The position numbers and the translations under genes are program-made. From positions 1 to 64,000 of the forward strand of contig JBGAGQ010000003.1 in NCBI GenBank assembly GCA_044226625.1: a DNA stretch of 64,000 nucleotides. The letters run 5' to 3'. Origin of the DNA: Thermoanaerobaculia bacterium. Its GTDB lineage: Bacteria > Acidobacteriota > Thermoanaerobaculia > Multivoradales > UBA5704. How positions within the stretch are numbered: the first letter of the stretch is position 1; each line of letters opens with the position of its first letter. Shown piece by piece: positions 1 through 9,587 of this stretch. The notes under the pieces were generated by a model. That model was not told where the DNA came from. It searched no databases and saw only the letters and a program-made list of their open reading frames with translations.

Positions 1-6
1 GAGAAC

Positions 7-2661
7 GTGTCGCTCCTCCTCGCGCTCAAGCGCCTCGAAAAGGAGGTGCGCAGGACGCTCGCCGCCCGCCGGGCGGAGGGCCGGGGCGCCACCGATTTCC
101 TCTCGTTCATGATCGCCGCCCGCGACGAGCGCAACGCGAGCGAGCTCTCGGACGAGCAGATCCTCGACGAGCTGATGATGATGCTGGTGATGGGCCACGT
201 CCCGACCGCGATGGCGCTCACCTGGACGTTCTACCTGCTGGCCCGCCATCCGGAGATCGAGGCGCGGATGCTCGCCGAGCAGAGGAGCGTCCTCGGCGAC
301 CGGATCCCGGAGTTCGCCGACGCCGCGCGCCTCCCCTACACCCGCCAGATCCTCGAAGAGTCGATGCGGCTCTACCCGCCGAGCTGGAGCTTCTCGCGGG
401 TGGCGATCGAGGACGACGCGATCGACGGCCGGCGCATCCCCGCGGGCTCGCTCGTCGTGGTCTGCCCGTGGGTCACCCACCGCCGTCCGGATCTGTGGGA
501 CGAGCCCGAACGGTTCGACCCCGACCGTTTCGCCCCAGAGCGCGCGGCCGAGCGCCCGCGCTTCGCCTATTACCCGTTCGGCGGCGGGCCGCGGGTGTGC
601 ATCGCGCGCGAGCTCGCGTTGCTCGAGATGCCGCTGGTGCTCGCGACGCTCGCGCGTCGCCACCTCGTGCGGCCGATCCTCGGGCGCTCGGTCGTGCCGC
701 TCGCGGGCATCGCGCTCCGACCGAGCGGCGGCCTCGCCTCGCGGCTCGAGCCCGCGGACCGAAGCGAGCAACCCGCGGGCGGAGCGCCGGCGTCGATCGC
801 GTCGATCGCATCGATCGCATCGATCGCGTCGATCGCGTCGATCTCATCGACCCCATCGATCGTCTCGTCCCTCCCGGCCTCCGCTTTCCCCGCGACGCTC
901 GGCGACCTCCTCGCCCGGATGATTGCGGCCGACCGGCCCGCGGTGATCCTCGAATCGCGCGCCGAGGGATGGGCGCCGGTCTCCGCCCGCGCGCTCGGCG
1001 AGCGGATTCGCGCGGCCGCCGCCGGCCTGCGCGCGCTCGGCGTCACCCCCGGCGACCGGGTGGCGTTGGTCGCCCGCGGAGGTCCCTCCTGGACCGCCGT
1101 CGACCTCGCCGCCTCAGCGATCGGTGCCGTGGTCGTTCCGCTGCCCGAGGAGCTTCCTCCGGACGCACTCGGTGAGCGCCTGGCCGAGTCGGCCGCCGTG
1201 GTGTCGTTCGTCGCCTCGGAGCCCGCGGCGCGGGAGCTCGCGCTGCGAATCCGGGACGGATCGCTTCCCGCTCTTCGCCGGATCGTCCGCTTCGACGGTG
1301 CCCCCACGGCCGCCGCGTGGGACGAAGAGCCGACCGACACCGAGCGATCGGTCTCGCTTCGCGCATTCCTCGCGCAAGGCGACGCCGGCTTTACGCTCGA
1401 CGAGCTGCTCCGCCGCGCCGCCGAGCGGAGACCCGACGAGGTGGCGACGCTCGCCTATACCGCGGGAGCCCACGGCGAGCCGCGGGCGATCGAGCTGACG
1501 CACGGCCGGATCACGGCGGCCGCCGCCGCGCTCGCCCGCGGCGGTTTTCCGCTCGGGCCGGGCGACGTGGCGCTCTCGACCCTGTCGCTCGCCCACGCCT
1601 CCGAGCGCGCGTTCCACTATCTCTGTCTCGGCCTCGGCGCCACGATCGCGCACTCCCCCTCCGCGAGCTCGGCGCTCGCCGATCTGGCCGCCGTCGAGCC
1701 GCACGCCTTCACCTCCGACCCCGGCCTCTGGAAGCTCCTCCTCAACTGGCAATTCGACCGGGTCCAGCAGCAGAGCGAATGGCGCCAGCGGCTCTATCGC
1801 CGGATCGTCCGGATCTCGCGCCAGGCGCTCCCCTACCGCGAGCGCCACGGCCGGCCGCCGGGATTCCAGGGCTGGCAGCTACGACAGTTCGAGCGCTTCG
1901 TCTTCGCGCCGTTCCGCGCCCGTCTGGGCAAGCGCTTCCGCTTCGCCCTGTCCGGCGGCGCCCGGATGTCGCATGGCTGGATCACCTTCCTCTGGGCGAT
2001 GGGCATCCCCGTCTACGAAGGATGGGCGACCACCGAGAGCGCCGGGGTCGCGACGTTCAACACGCCCTCCGCGATCCGCTGCGGCAGCGTAGGCGTTCCC
2101 CTGCCCGGCCTCGAGATGCGCATCGCCGACGACGGCGAGATTTTCCTCCGCGGCCCGAACCTGGTCCCCTCCGACGATCCGGAGGGGTGGGTCGCCACGG
2201 GCGACGCCGGCTTCGTCGACGACGCCGACATGCTGCAACTGTTCGGACCGAAGGACGAGCGAGGACCGGAAAAATCCGGTCGGCGGGTATCGCCCGCGCC
2301 GCTCGAGAGCATGCTTCGCGGCAGCCACTCGCTCTCCCAAGCGCTGGTCGTCGTCCGCGACGTCCCGGCGGCGCTCCTGGTACCCGATTTCGCCGTCCTC
2401 GACGCGGCGGCCGAGGCGATGGGTTTCGCCGACCGGGCCCCGGAGAAGCTGGTCGCCCTGCCGAGGCTCCGATCGATCATCGCCCGCGACCTCGAGGGGA
2501 TCAACGCGCGCCTCCCCGCCCACGAGAGGATCAAGCGCTGGGAGCTCTCGACGCGGCCGTTCACCGTCGAGGCGGGCGAGATCACCTGGAAAGGAACGTT
2601 CCGCCGCGCGGCGGTCCATGCCCGGCGCCAGGAGGAGATCGACGCCCTGTTCGCGGAGTGA
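7..2661 (+). CDS. Cytochrome P450 (probably 5'-truncated by window edge) fused to a C-terminal long-chain acyl-CoA synthetase-like AMP-binding domain
   Basis: P450 motifs EESMRLYPP (ExxR), PERFDPDRF and PFGGGPRVCIA (heme Cys); after an (ASI)n linker, AMP-binding-like motifs YTAGAHGEPRA, YEGWATTE, TGDAG. Confidence 0.85.
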   Translation: MSLLLALKRLEKEVRRTLAARRAEGRGATDFLSFMIAARDERNASELSDEQILDELMMMLVMGHVPTAMALTWTFYLLARHPEIEARMLAEQRSVLGDRIPEFADAARLPYTRQILEESMRLYPPSWSFSRVAIEDDAIDGRRIPAGSLVVVCPWVTHRRPDLWDEPERFDPDRFAPERAAERPRFAYYPFGGGPRVCIARELALLEMPLVLATLARRHLVRPILGRSVVPLAGIALRPSGGLASRLEPADRSEQPAGGAPASIASIASIASIASIASISSTPSIVSSLPASAFPATLGDLLARMIAADRPAVILESRAEGWAPVSARALGERIRAAAAGLRALGVTPGDRVALVARGGPSWTAVDLAASAIGAVVVPLPEELPPDALGERLAESAAVVSFVASEPAARELALRIRDGSLPALRRIVRFDGAPTAAAWDEEPTDTERSVSLRAFLAQGDAGFTLDELLRRAAERRPDEVATLAYTAGAHGEPRAIELTHGRITAAAAALARGGFPLGPGDVALSTLSLAHASERAFHYLCLGLGATIAHSPSASSALADLAAVEPHAFTSDPGLWKLLLNWQFDRVQQQSEWRQRLYRRIVRISRQALPYRERHGRPPGFQGWQLRQFERFVFAPFRARLGKRFRFALSGGARMSHGWITFLWAMGIPVYEGWATTESAGVATFNTPSAIRCGSVGVPLPGLEMRIADDGEIFLRGPNLVPSDDPEGWVATGDAGFVDDADMLQLFGPKDERGPEKSGRRVSPAPLESMLRGSHSLSQALVVVRDVPAALLVPDFAVLDAAAEAMGFADRAPEKLVALPRLRSIIARDLEGINARLPAHERIKRWELSTRPFTVEAGEITWKGTFRRAAVHARRQEEIDALFAE
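789..843 (+). repeat. 9-bp tandem repeat GCRTCGATC x6 encoding the (ASI)6 linker
   Basis: gcgtcgatc/gcatcgatc units read directly between the P450 and ligase domains. Confidence 0.9.
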
Positions 2662-2812
2662 TCCAAACGGACCGATCCTCGCGGCACGGCCGGCCGACAA
2701 TCCTCGATACAATACGAAGTCCGCGGTTTCGCAGCTCTGACGAACGGCCCGGCGCTTCCTCGAGCGCCGAAGCGCCCTCGCGCAGCGCCGGCGGATCGCC
2801 GGAACCGATCCG

Positions 2813-3811
2813 ATGAGCGACTGGCGCACCTACCTCGACACGTTCTATCGGCAGAGCCCGGCCGAGCAGCGGCGGCTCTGGTCGCAGCTCTCCCCGGAAC
2901 AGCGGCTGGCCTTCGACGCCGCCCGCCAGGCGGCTTGGCCGGCCGGTGAGGCGACCCCCTCGGCACCTTCCGACCCACCGCCGAAGCCCGGTCCCACCAC
3001 GCTCGCGGACGACATCGACTATTTGATCCGGCTCGGGCAAGACATCACCCGCTCGGTCAGCGTCTGGACCGGGATCGGCAAACGAAGCACCGAGTACCTC
3101 GCCTGGCGACTCCGCTGCATCACTTTGCTGCGCGAAATGGGGCCGCGCGTCGAGCATCTGCTCGCGGCGATCGAGAAGCGCAAGCCCATGTATTACCAGG
3201 CGTACTACGCCGAGATCCTCGGAGCGCTCGAGTCGGCGCGCGACCTGGTTTCGCGCCCTCACCGCCCGGCGCTTCCGGCCGGAGTCGAAAGCACGTCGGC
3301 TCCCGAGCCGACGAGGGATTCCGCGCCGCAGCCCGGGCCGACCGGTCAGGCCGAAGGCACCGGCGAGACGCGGGTCTTCCTCGTCCACGGGCACGATCAC
3401 GCCTCGCTCCAGCAGGCGGCACGTCTAATGGAGCAGCTCGAGCTGGTCCCGATCATCCTCGCCGAGGAGGTCTCGCGCGGCCGGACGATCATCGAGAAGC
3501 TCGAAGAACGGGCTCGCGCGCACGCGGCCGTGGTCCTGCTCACACCGGACGACGTCGGTTCGACGGCGGCCGAGGCGCCCCAAGGCCTCAGGCCTCGGGC
3601 GCGACAGAACGTGATCCTGGAGCTCGGCTATTTCCTCGGCCTGCTCGGCCGCCACCGCGTGGTCGTCCTCTACACCCCGGGCATCGAGCTCCCCTCCGAT
3701 TTCGTCGGCGTCGAGTACATCAAGCTCGACGGCGAAGGGGCCTGGAAGCTCCGGGTCGCGCGGGAGCTGCGCGCCGGCAACCTACCGGTGAATCTCAACC
3801 ACCTGTCCTGA
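2813..3811 (+). CDS. TIR-like nucleotide-binding domain protein (CAP12/PCTIR-type TIR) with unknown N-terminus
   Basis: RVFLVHGHD, TIIEKLE, VVLLTPDDVG, RARQNVILELGYF, ELPSDFVGVEY. Confidence 0.85.
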   Translation: MSDWRTYLDTFYRQSPAEQRRLWSQLSPEQRLAFDAARQAAWPAGEATPSAPSDPPPKPGPTTLADDIDYLIRLGQDITRSVSVWTGIGKRSTEYLAWRLRCITLLREMGPRVEHLLAAIEKRKPMYYQAYYAEILGALESARDLVSRPHRPALPAGVESTSAPEPTRDSAPQPGPTGQAEGTGETRVFLVHGHDHASLQQAARLMEQLELVPIILAEEVSRGRTIIEKLEERARAHAAVVLLTPDDVGSTAAEAPQGLRPRARQNVILELGYFLGLLGRHRVVVLYTPGIELPSDFVGVEYIKLDGEGAWKLRVARELRAGNLPVNLNHLS

Positions 3812-3850
3812 GCCTTACGCGCTCGCTCCCCGATCCTGGAGCGGGGCGAG

Positions 3851-3873
3851 AAAAGGGCGGCCCGAGGCCGCCC
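3851..3873 (-). terminator. Intrinsic terminator between convergent genes
   Basis: Stem GGGCGGCC-cga-GGCCGCCC followed by TTTT on the minus strand. Confidence 0.6.
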
Positions 3874-3899
3874 CGTTCCCTTGGTCGACGACCCCGCCC

Positions 3900-5138
3900 T
3901 CAGTCGTCGTCTTCCTCGTCGTCGCCGCAATCGGTGATCGCGAAAGCGGTCAGCGCGTTGCTGCGGAAGCCGGCCGAATAGAGGTGACCGCATCCCTCCG
4001 ATTCGTGCTCGTCCTCGTCGTCGTCCTCGCCGCCGGAGAGGGCGAAACCGATCACGCCCCGAAGCCCCGTCGCGTCGGTGCCGTTGATCAACGCGCGCAC
4101 GAAGGTGAGCGAGCCGTCATGCGGGTCCCGGGAGAAGACACCGATCCGGAACTCGCCGAACGCCGCCGTGAAGACGTAGCGCCCGTCCCGCGTCTCGATG
4201 ACGCCGCTCGCCTGGAGCAAGCCGTCGACACCTCCCACACCGTCTTTGAGGACCTGGTTCTGGGTCAGCGCTCCCGTCCGTCGGTCGACCTGGAACACCG
4301 AGACCGCGTTGTCCGCGATCCCCGTCACGTACGCCTGCTTGCCGTTCTTGCCGAGAATGACGTTACGTGCCGCGGCGAGGCCGTCGACGCCGTCCACTCC
4401 ATCGGTCACCACCTGAACCTGCGTGAGATCGCCGTTCCGCTTGTCGCGCGAGAAGACGGTGACGGAGTTGTCCGCGAGCCCCGTCACGTAGACCTGTTTG
4501 CCGTTCTTCGCCACGGCGATGCCGAATGCGCCGCCGAGCGCATCGACGCCGCCCACCCCGTCCTTGATCAGTTGGCGGAAGGTGAGCCGCCCCGTCGAAG
4601 AGCTGCGCGTCCAAACCACCACGGCGCTGTCACCCACGCCGGCGCTGTAGACGTTCTTGCCGTCGTTGCTCAGCTTGATCCAGATCGTCGAGGAGAGGCC
4701 GTCCGGCGCGTCGACCCCGTCCCGCAGAACCTGGACCTGGGTGAGGAATCCGGTTGAACGATCGCGGCGGAAGACGGAGATCGCATTCTCGAAGGTGGCG
4801 CCGACGTAAAGGAACTTGCCGTCTTCCGAGATTTCGATGTTCTGTGCTCCCATCAGGGCGTCGATGCCGCCGACGCCATCGAACAACGTCTGGATTTCCG
4901 TCAGCTCGCCGGTCAACGCGTCGCGGGAGAAGACGGCCAGGCTGTTGCTGGTCTCGCCGGTCGCGTAGACGTGCTTTCCGTCTGGCGACACCACCACGTA
5001 TCGCGGCCCGACGATCCCCGTGACGCCACCGAGACCGTCTGCATAGAAGTTGATGTACGACAACACCTGAGCCTCCGCCGAAGCGGCCACTCCAAGAGCT
5101 GCTACCACGAAAAATCCAAAGACCTTCCGAAAAGACAT
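3900..5138 (-). CDS. Secreted lactonase-family beta-propeller protein
   Basis: Signal peptide (...AASAEAQ); repeated SPDGKxVY / DGVGGVDGL blades; RBS GGAGGAG before MSFRK. Confidence 0.8.
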   Translation of the reverse strand: MSFRKVFGFFVVAALGVAASAEAQVLSYINFYADGLGGVTGIVGPRYVVVSPDGKHVYATGETSNSLAVFSRDALTGELTEIQTLFDGVGGIDALMGAQNIEISEDGKFLYVGATFENAISVFRRDRSTGFLTQVQVLRDGVDAPDGLSSTIWIKLSNDGKNVYSAGVGDSAVVVWTRSSSTGRLTFRQLIKDGVGGVDALGGAFGIAVAKNGKQVYVTGLADNSVTVFSRDKRNGDLTQVQVVTDGVDGVDGLAAARNVILGKNGKQAYVTGIADNAVSVFQVDRRTGALTQNQVLKDGVGGVDGLLQASGVIETRDGRYVFTAAFGEFRIGVFSRDPHDGSLTFVRALINGTDATGLRGVIGFALSGGEDDDEDEHESEGCGHLYSAGFRSNALTAFAITDCGDDEEDDD

Positions 5139-5421
5139 CGCTCCTCCTTGCATCGAGACACGACTGCCAAGGCGAAGAAGAATTCTTCACCGCACCGCGG
5201 CCCGAAAGTTCGTGGGGACCCGCCAACGCTTCTCCCCCAAGACGCGCGGCGGTTATATGGGTAGTGACTTTTGTTTATAAGAGCGTGACGGCACGTCACC
5301 GGATCCCCTTGAAAATGGGTTCATGCAGCCCGCGGGGGATAAGATCAGAGGCCCGTCGGGTGCAGGCGCCGTCGTCGTCCGCGCCCGGTCCCTCCCCACG
5401 ACCTCTTCGAAAGGCGTTCCC

Positions 5422-5868
5422 ATGCCCACGAACACCGTCCGACTCCATCGCGTGCTCCGAGCGACCCCGTCCCGCGTCTATCGCGCCTTCCTCGATGCCG
5501 ACGCCATGTGCAAATGGCTCCCCCCGCACGGCTTCGTCGGCAAGGTCCATCACCTGGACGCTCGCGTCGGGGGCACCTACCGGATGTCGTTCACGAACTT
5601 CTCCTCCGGCAACGGCCATTCCTTCGGCGGCGAATATCTCGAGCTGGTCGAGAACGAGCGCATCGTGCACACCGATCGGTTCGACGACCCGAACCTCCCG
5701 GGCGAGATGCGGACCACGATCACGACGAAAGCGGTCTCGGTCGGCACCGAGCTCGCGATCGTCCAGGAAGGCATTCCCGAGATGATCCCCCCGGAGGCTT
5801 GCTACCTCGGCTGGCAGGAATCGCTGCAATTCCTCGCGTTTCTGGTCGAGCCCGAAATCCCCGATTGA
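5422..5868 (+). CDS. SRPBCC/AHSA1 (START-like) family protein
   Basis: VRLHRVLRA..RVYRAFLD, DARVGGTYRMSF, CYLGWQESL. Confidence 0.85.
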   Translation: MPTNTVRLHRVLRATPSRVYRAFLDADAMCKWLPPHGFVGKVHHLDARVGGTYRMSFTNFSSGNGHSFGGEYLELVENERIVHTDRFDDPNLPGEMRTTITTKAVSVGTELAIVQEGIPEMIPPEACYLGWQESLQFLAFLVEPEIPD

Positions 5869-5966
5869 TCGCCCACGGGCGACGCGGCGTGCCATCGATG
5901 TCCGGTGGCACGCCGGCCGAGGGGAACAGCGCGGGTCTTCAGCTTGGGTCTCCGGAGGGACGTTCG

Positions 5967-6692
5967 ATGCAAACGATCGGTGTGATCGGCGGCATGAGCT
6001 GGGAGTCGACGCTCGTCTATTACCGTCGGATCAACGAGAGGGTGAAGGCTCGGCTGGGAGGATTCCATTCGGCCAAGGTCCTCCTTGCGAGCGTCGACTT
6101 CGCCGAGATCGAAGAGCTCCAGAGGGTCGGCGACTGGGACGCGGCGGGCGAGCACCTCGCCGCCGTCGCCCGTTCCCTCGAACGGGCGGGTGCCGACTTC
6201 CTGGTCCTTGCGACCAACACGATGCACGAAGTCGCCCCGGCGATCGAGCGAGCGGTGGCGCTTCCCCTTCTCCACATCGCCGACCCGACGGGCCGCGCCA
6301 TCGTCGCCGCCGGCCTTTCGAAGGTCGCCCTCCTCGGCACCCGCTTCACCATGGAGAAAGAGTTCTATCGCGCTCGCCTCGCAGAGCTTCACGGCATCGA
6401 GTCCCTGATCCCGGACGCCGCCGACCGCGAGACGGTGCACCGAGTGATCTACGACGAGCTCGTCGCCGGCAAGATCGTCTCCGCTTCGCGCGACCGCTAC
6501 CTCGCCGTGATCGAACGCCTCCGCGCCCGAGGGTCCGAAGGGGTGATCCTCGGTTGCACTGAGATCTCGCTGCTGCTTCCTCCCGGCTCGTTCGATCTCC
6601 CGGGATTCGACACCACGGAGCTTCACACCGAGGCGGCGGTGGACCGGGCGCTCGGCTCGGCAAAGCCCGGAGCTCCGAGTTGCCCGGGTTAG
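5967..6692 (+). CDS. Aspartate/glutamate racemase family protein (YgeA/RacX-like)
   Basis: IGVIGGMSWEST, ATNTMH, ILGCTEI. Confidence 0.9.
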   Translation: MQTIGVIGGMSWESTLVYYRRINERVKARLGGFHSAKVLLASVDFAEIEELQRVGDWDAAGEHLAAVARSLERAGADFLVLATNTMHEVAPAIERAVALPLLHIADPTGRAIVAAGLSKVALLGTRFTMEKEFYRARLAELHGIESLIPDAADRETVHRVIYDELVAGKIVSASRDRYLAVIERLRARGSEGVILGCTEISLLLPPGSFDLPGFDTTELHTEAAVDRALGSAKPGAPSCPG

Positions 6693-6712
6693 CGGCCCCG
6701 TCCGCCCGGCGC

Positions 6713-7915
6713 CTACAGCGACCGCCAGCCGTGCACGGCGATTCCGCCGCGCCGATGATTGCTGTCCCCACCGTACACCAATGCAGCTGGCGCCTCCGGA
6801 TCGCCGACCACACGGCGCCAGAATTCGAGGCCCGCGAAGAAATCCGGGGCGATGGTCTGCGCGGACTTGATTTCGATTGCCACCCGGTTGCGCCCCAGAT
6901 CCACGACGGCGTCGACCTCATGGCCGGTGGAATCGCGCCAGAAGTAGAGATCGGGTTCTTTGCCCCGGTGCAGGAAATTCTTGAGCAACTCGGAGAGGAC
7001 GAAGCTCTCGAAAATCGAGCCACGGCTCGCGTGAAGGCGCAGATCTTCTGGGGACTGGATCCGCAGCAGATAGCAGAGCAGGCCCGTATCGAGGAAGTAG
7101 AGCTTCGGACTCTTGATCAGCCGCTTGCCGAAGTTCGCGTGGTAGGGCCGCAGCAGTCGAACGAGAAAGCTCGACTCCAGGATCGACAGCCAGCGGGCCG
7201 CCGTGGTGTGGGTGATCCCACAATCGTTCCCGAGCGAGGTGAGATTGAGAATCTGGCCGTTGCGCCCGGCGCAGAGGCGCACGAATCGGCCGAAGATCTC
7301 CAGGTCGCCGACGTTTACGATCTCGCGCACGTCCCGCTCGACGTAGGTCTGGTAATAGCCCGAGTACCAGAACCCCGGATCGTCGAGCTCCCTGTCGTGA
7401 ACTCTCGGGTAGAAGCCGCGCAGCAGCGTCACCAAAAGGTCGGGAGCGTTCTCCCTGATCCGCACCGGAGGGAACTCACGCCCCAGCTTCTCTAGCGGGA
7501 AAGGGTCCCGCCCTTCCAACTCGCCGAGAGAAAAAGGAAGAAGGTGAAGAATCGCGCTCCTCCCGGCCAGAGTCTGGCTGATGGATCGCAGGAGGAGGAA
7601 GTTCTGCGACCCGCTCAAGACGAACCGCCCCGGCACGTCCTCGCGGTCGACCAGACCCTGGATGTAGGAAAAGAGGTCGGGAGCCCTTTGGACCTCGTCG
7701 AGGATCACCGGCCCGCTGAACTGGTCCAGAAATCCCCGGGGATCGGCGAGCGCATACCCACGAACGTCGGGCTCTTCGAGAGACGCGTAGGCGTGGTCGG
7801 GAAACGCGGATCGGACCAGCGTAGTCTTTCCCGACTGGCGTGGGCCGGTGAGCGTCACCACCGGATATTGCCGGGCCACTTTCTCGAGAACGGGTCGGAG
7901 TGCGCGCCGGATCAT
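6713..7915 (-). CDS. AAA+ ATPase (AAA_14 + DUF4143)
   Basis: GPRQSGKTT, ILDEVQR, YxxTYVERDV, KSPKLYFLDTGL, EVDAVV...IEIK. Confidence 0.9.
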   Translation of the reverse strand: MIRRALRPVLEKVARQYPVVTLTGPRQSGKTTLVRSAFPDHAYASLEEPDVRGYALADPRGFLDQFSGPVILDEVQRAPDLFSYIQGLVDREDVPGRFVLSGSQNFLLLRSISQTLAGRSAILHLLPFSLGELEGRDPFPLEKLGREFPPVRIRENAPDLLVTLLRGFYPRVHDRELDDPGFWYSGYYQTYVERDVREIVNVGDLEIFGRFVRLCAGRNGQILNLTSLGNDCGITHTTAARWLSILESSFLVRLLRPYHANFGKRLIKSPKLYFLDTGLLCYLLRIQSPEDLRLHASRGSIFESFVLSELLKNFLHRGKEPDLYFWRDSTGHEVDAVVDLGRNRVAIEIKSAQTIAPDFFAGLEFWRRVVGDPEAPAALVYGGDSNHRRGGIAVHGWRSL

Positions 7916-8021
7916 GCAGATTGAACTTTCGATGTTCAATCTACAAGGACTCCTTGGGCCGGGTCAAGGAACGCGTTTCGGCCCTGAGCTTACCTCGGTT
8001 CCTTCAGGCGTCTCGTTCGGC

Positions 8022-8537
8022 TCATTGCAGCCTCGAGGCGGAGACTGCGCTCCCTCGGCTGGCGCCGTCTCCTGAAAGAACCCCTTTTACGGTCACCACC
8101 AACAATACCGAGATCAAGCCGCCGACCAGATTCGGCGCCAGGTCCGCCAGCCGGGCGTGGTGTCCGATGGCGGTGCTCTCCAAAAGCTCGCAAGCGAGAC
8201 CGAGCGCCATCGTCGTTCCAAAGGCCGCGGCGAGACGCGCCACACCGAACGCCACAACCGCGAGAAGAAGGAGAACCGCATAGGCGCGGATGTGTTGAAC
8301 CTTCGAGAGCGCCTGTGCAAAATCCGCCCAAGTCAGGCCGAGATCCACCGCGAATGGGTGCCGGCCGCGGGGAGCGCGCGACGCCGCATACAGCCCCAAG
8401 CAGGCGAAGAGGGCGAACGGCAGCGCCCGGAGGATCCGAGACACCGGCCTTCGAGGTCCCGCTGGCCGGCGAAGATCCGAGGTGATGACCCAAAGGGCAG
8501 CGACAGCGAGCCCTAGAGCGAGGACGTTCATCGCCAT
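8022..8537 (-). CDS. VanZ-like membrane protein
   Basis: KVQHIRAYAVL...ELLES...GHHARLADLAPNLVG; several hydrophobic helices. Confidence 0.6.
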   Translation of the reverse strand: MAMNVLALGLAVAALWVITSDLRRPAGPRRPVSRILRALPFALFACLGLYAASRAPRGRHPFAVDLGLTWADFAQALSKVQHIRAYAVLLLLAVVAFGVARLAAAFGTTMALGLACELLESTAIGHHARLADLAPNLVGGLISVLLVVTVKGVLSGDGASRGSAVSASRLQ

Positions 8538-8628
8538 GACGTTGGATACCCCGCTGAGAAAGACGATCGGCCCGATCTTACGCCCGGACTACCTCGTCAC
8601 CGACCTTCGGAAACCGACCTTGCCTCCA

Positions 8629-9498
8629 TTATGCGAGGCCGTTCACGCTCAGGTCCTCGAATCGTCGGGTCTGGGGGTCGTACACAACGCCCCAATATCC
8701 GGGGCCGCCATCGCAGGCCACCATCGCTTTCTGGCCCAATTGCTCCAGCCCCCGGGAAGGGAGCTCGATCGGGAACGCGTTGATGTACAGCACCTTTCGG
8801 GATCCGAGAACGATTCCCACATACTGCCTGATGAAATTCCTGGGATCGCGAATGCGCGCACCTCGAACGCAGCAATTGGCTCGCAGACGACCTATCTTGT
8901 CGAGATCCCGCTCGGCGAGGGCCATGTCCTGAAGCGTCGGGCTCCAAGTGCCGGTGGACTTCGGCACCGAGCGTGAACATTGAGCCAGGGCACTCGACGT
9001 TTCGGACACAGGAAGTAGATAGGCATTCGGTTCGAGGGGCCGAGGCTCCAGCGCTCCACCCTCTTGGAGCGCATTCTCCACCGCGGTCTCGATCGACGCG
9101 CAGATCTTGGCGAGGCGCTGGGGGCAACGGTTCCTTGCGTTGTCTAGGATCACGCGAAGGTTGCCGGAGTCTGCCGTGGCATCGATATGAGTGAGAACGA
9201 AGTGCTCGAAATCGGCATCGGCTCGAGTCTCGCGGTCGAGCTTTCGTAGGTTGCTCCAGTCCTTGGCGAGGAGGGCTGTTACGAATTCGGACACGCCTTC
9301 GGCCAGGTAGCCGTCGTCGCAGTCGGGGAAGAAGGCGCGAAACCATCGGTGCAGGTCCGCCCACGTTCGAGACCTGGAGAGTTCGGCATCGGCGCGGTCT
9401 CCGCAGCGGTCGACAGCGATCGCTCCCCCCGATGGCTGGAAAACAGCAAGAAGGAGCAGCAGCACGACAGCCACGGTTGCATGGGCTCTAATTCTCAT
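8629..9498 (-). CDS. Secreted Cys-containing two-domain hypothetical protein
   Basis: RBS GAGGAAGGA before MRIRAH; signal peptide; CDDGYLAEG and CDGGPGYWG segments. Confidence 0.55.
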   Translation of the reverse strand: MRIRAHATVAVVLLLLLAVFQPSGGAIAVDRCGDRADAELSRSRTWADLHRWFRAFFPDCDDGYLAEGVSEFVTALLAKDWSNLRKLDRETRADADFEHFVLTHIDATADSGNLRVILDNARNRCPQRLAKICASIETAVENALQEGGALEPRPLEPNAYLLPVSETSSALAQCSRSVPKSTGTWSPTLQDMALAERDLDKIGRLRANCCVRGARIRDPRNFIRQYVGIVLGSRKVLYINAFPIELPSRGLEQLGQKAMVACDGGPGYWGVVYDPQTRRFEDLSVNGLA

Positions 9499-9587
9499 CG
9501 GTCCTTCCTCGAACGAATCGGGCGCGCCATCCAAAACGGCGACCGGCCAGCCACCCATGCTAACCTTTTCGCATTCCTTTTCCTGCG

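Noticed and set aside
2813-3811. CBASS/Pycsar/Thoeris operon
   Set aside because: No cyclase or partner gene adjacent
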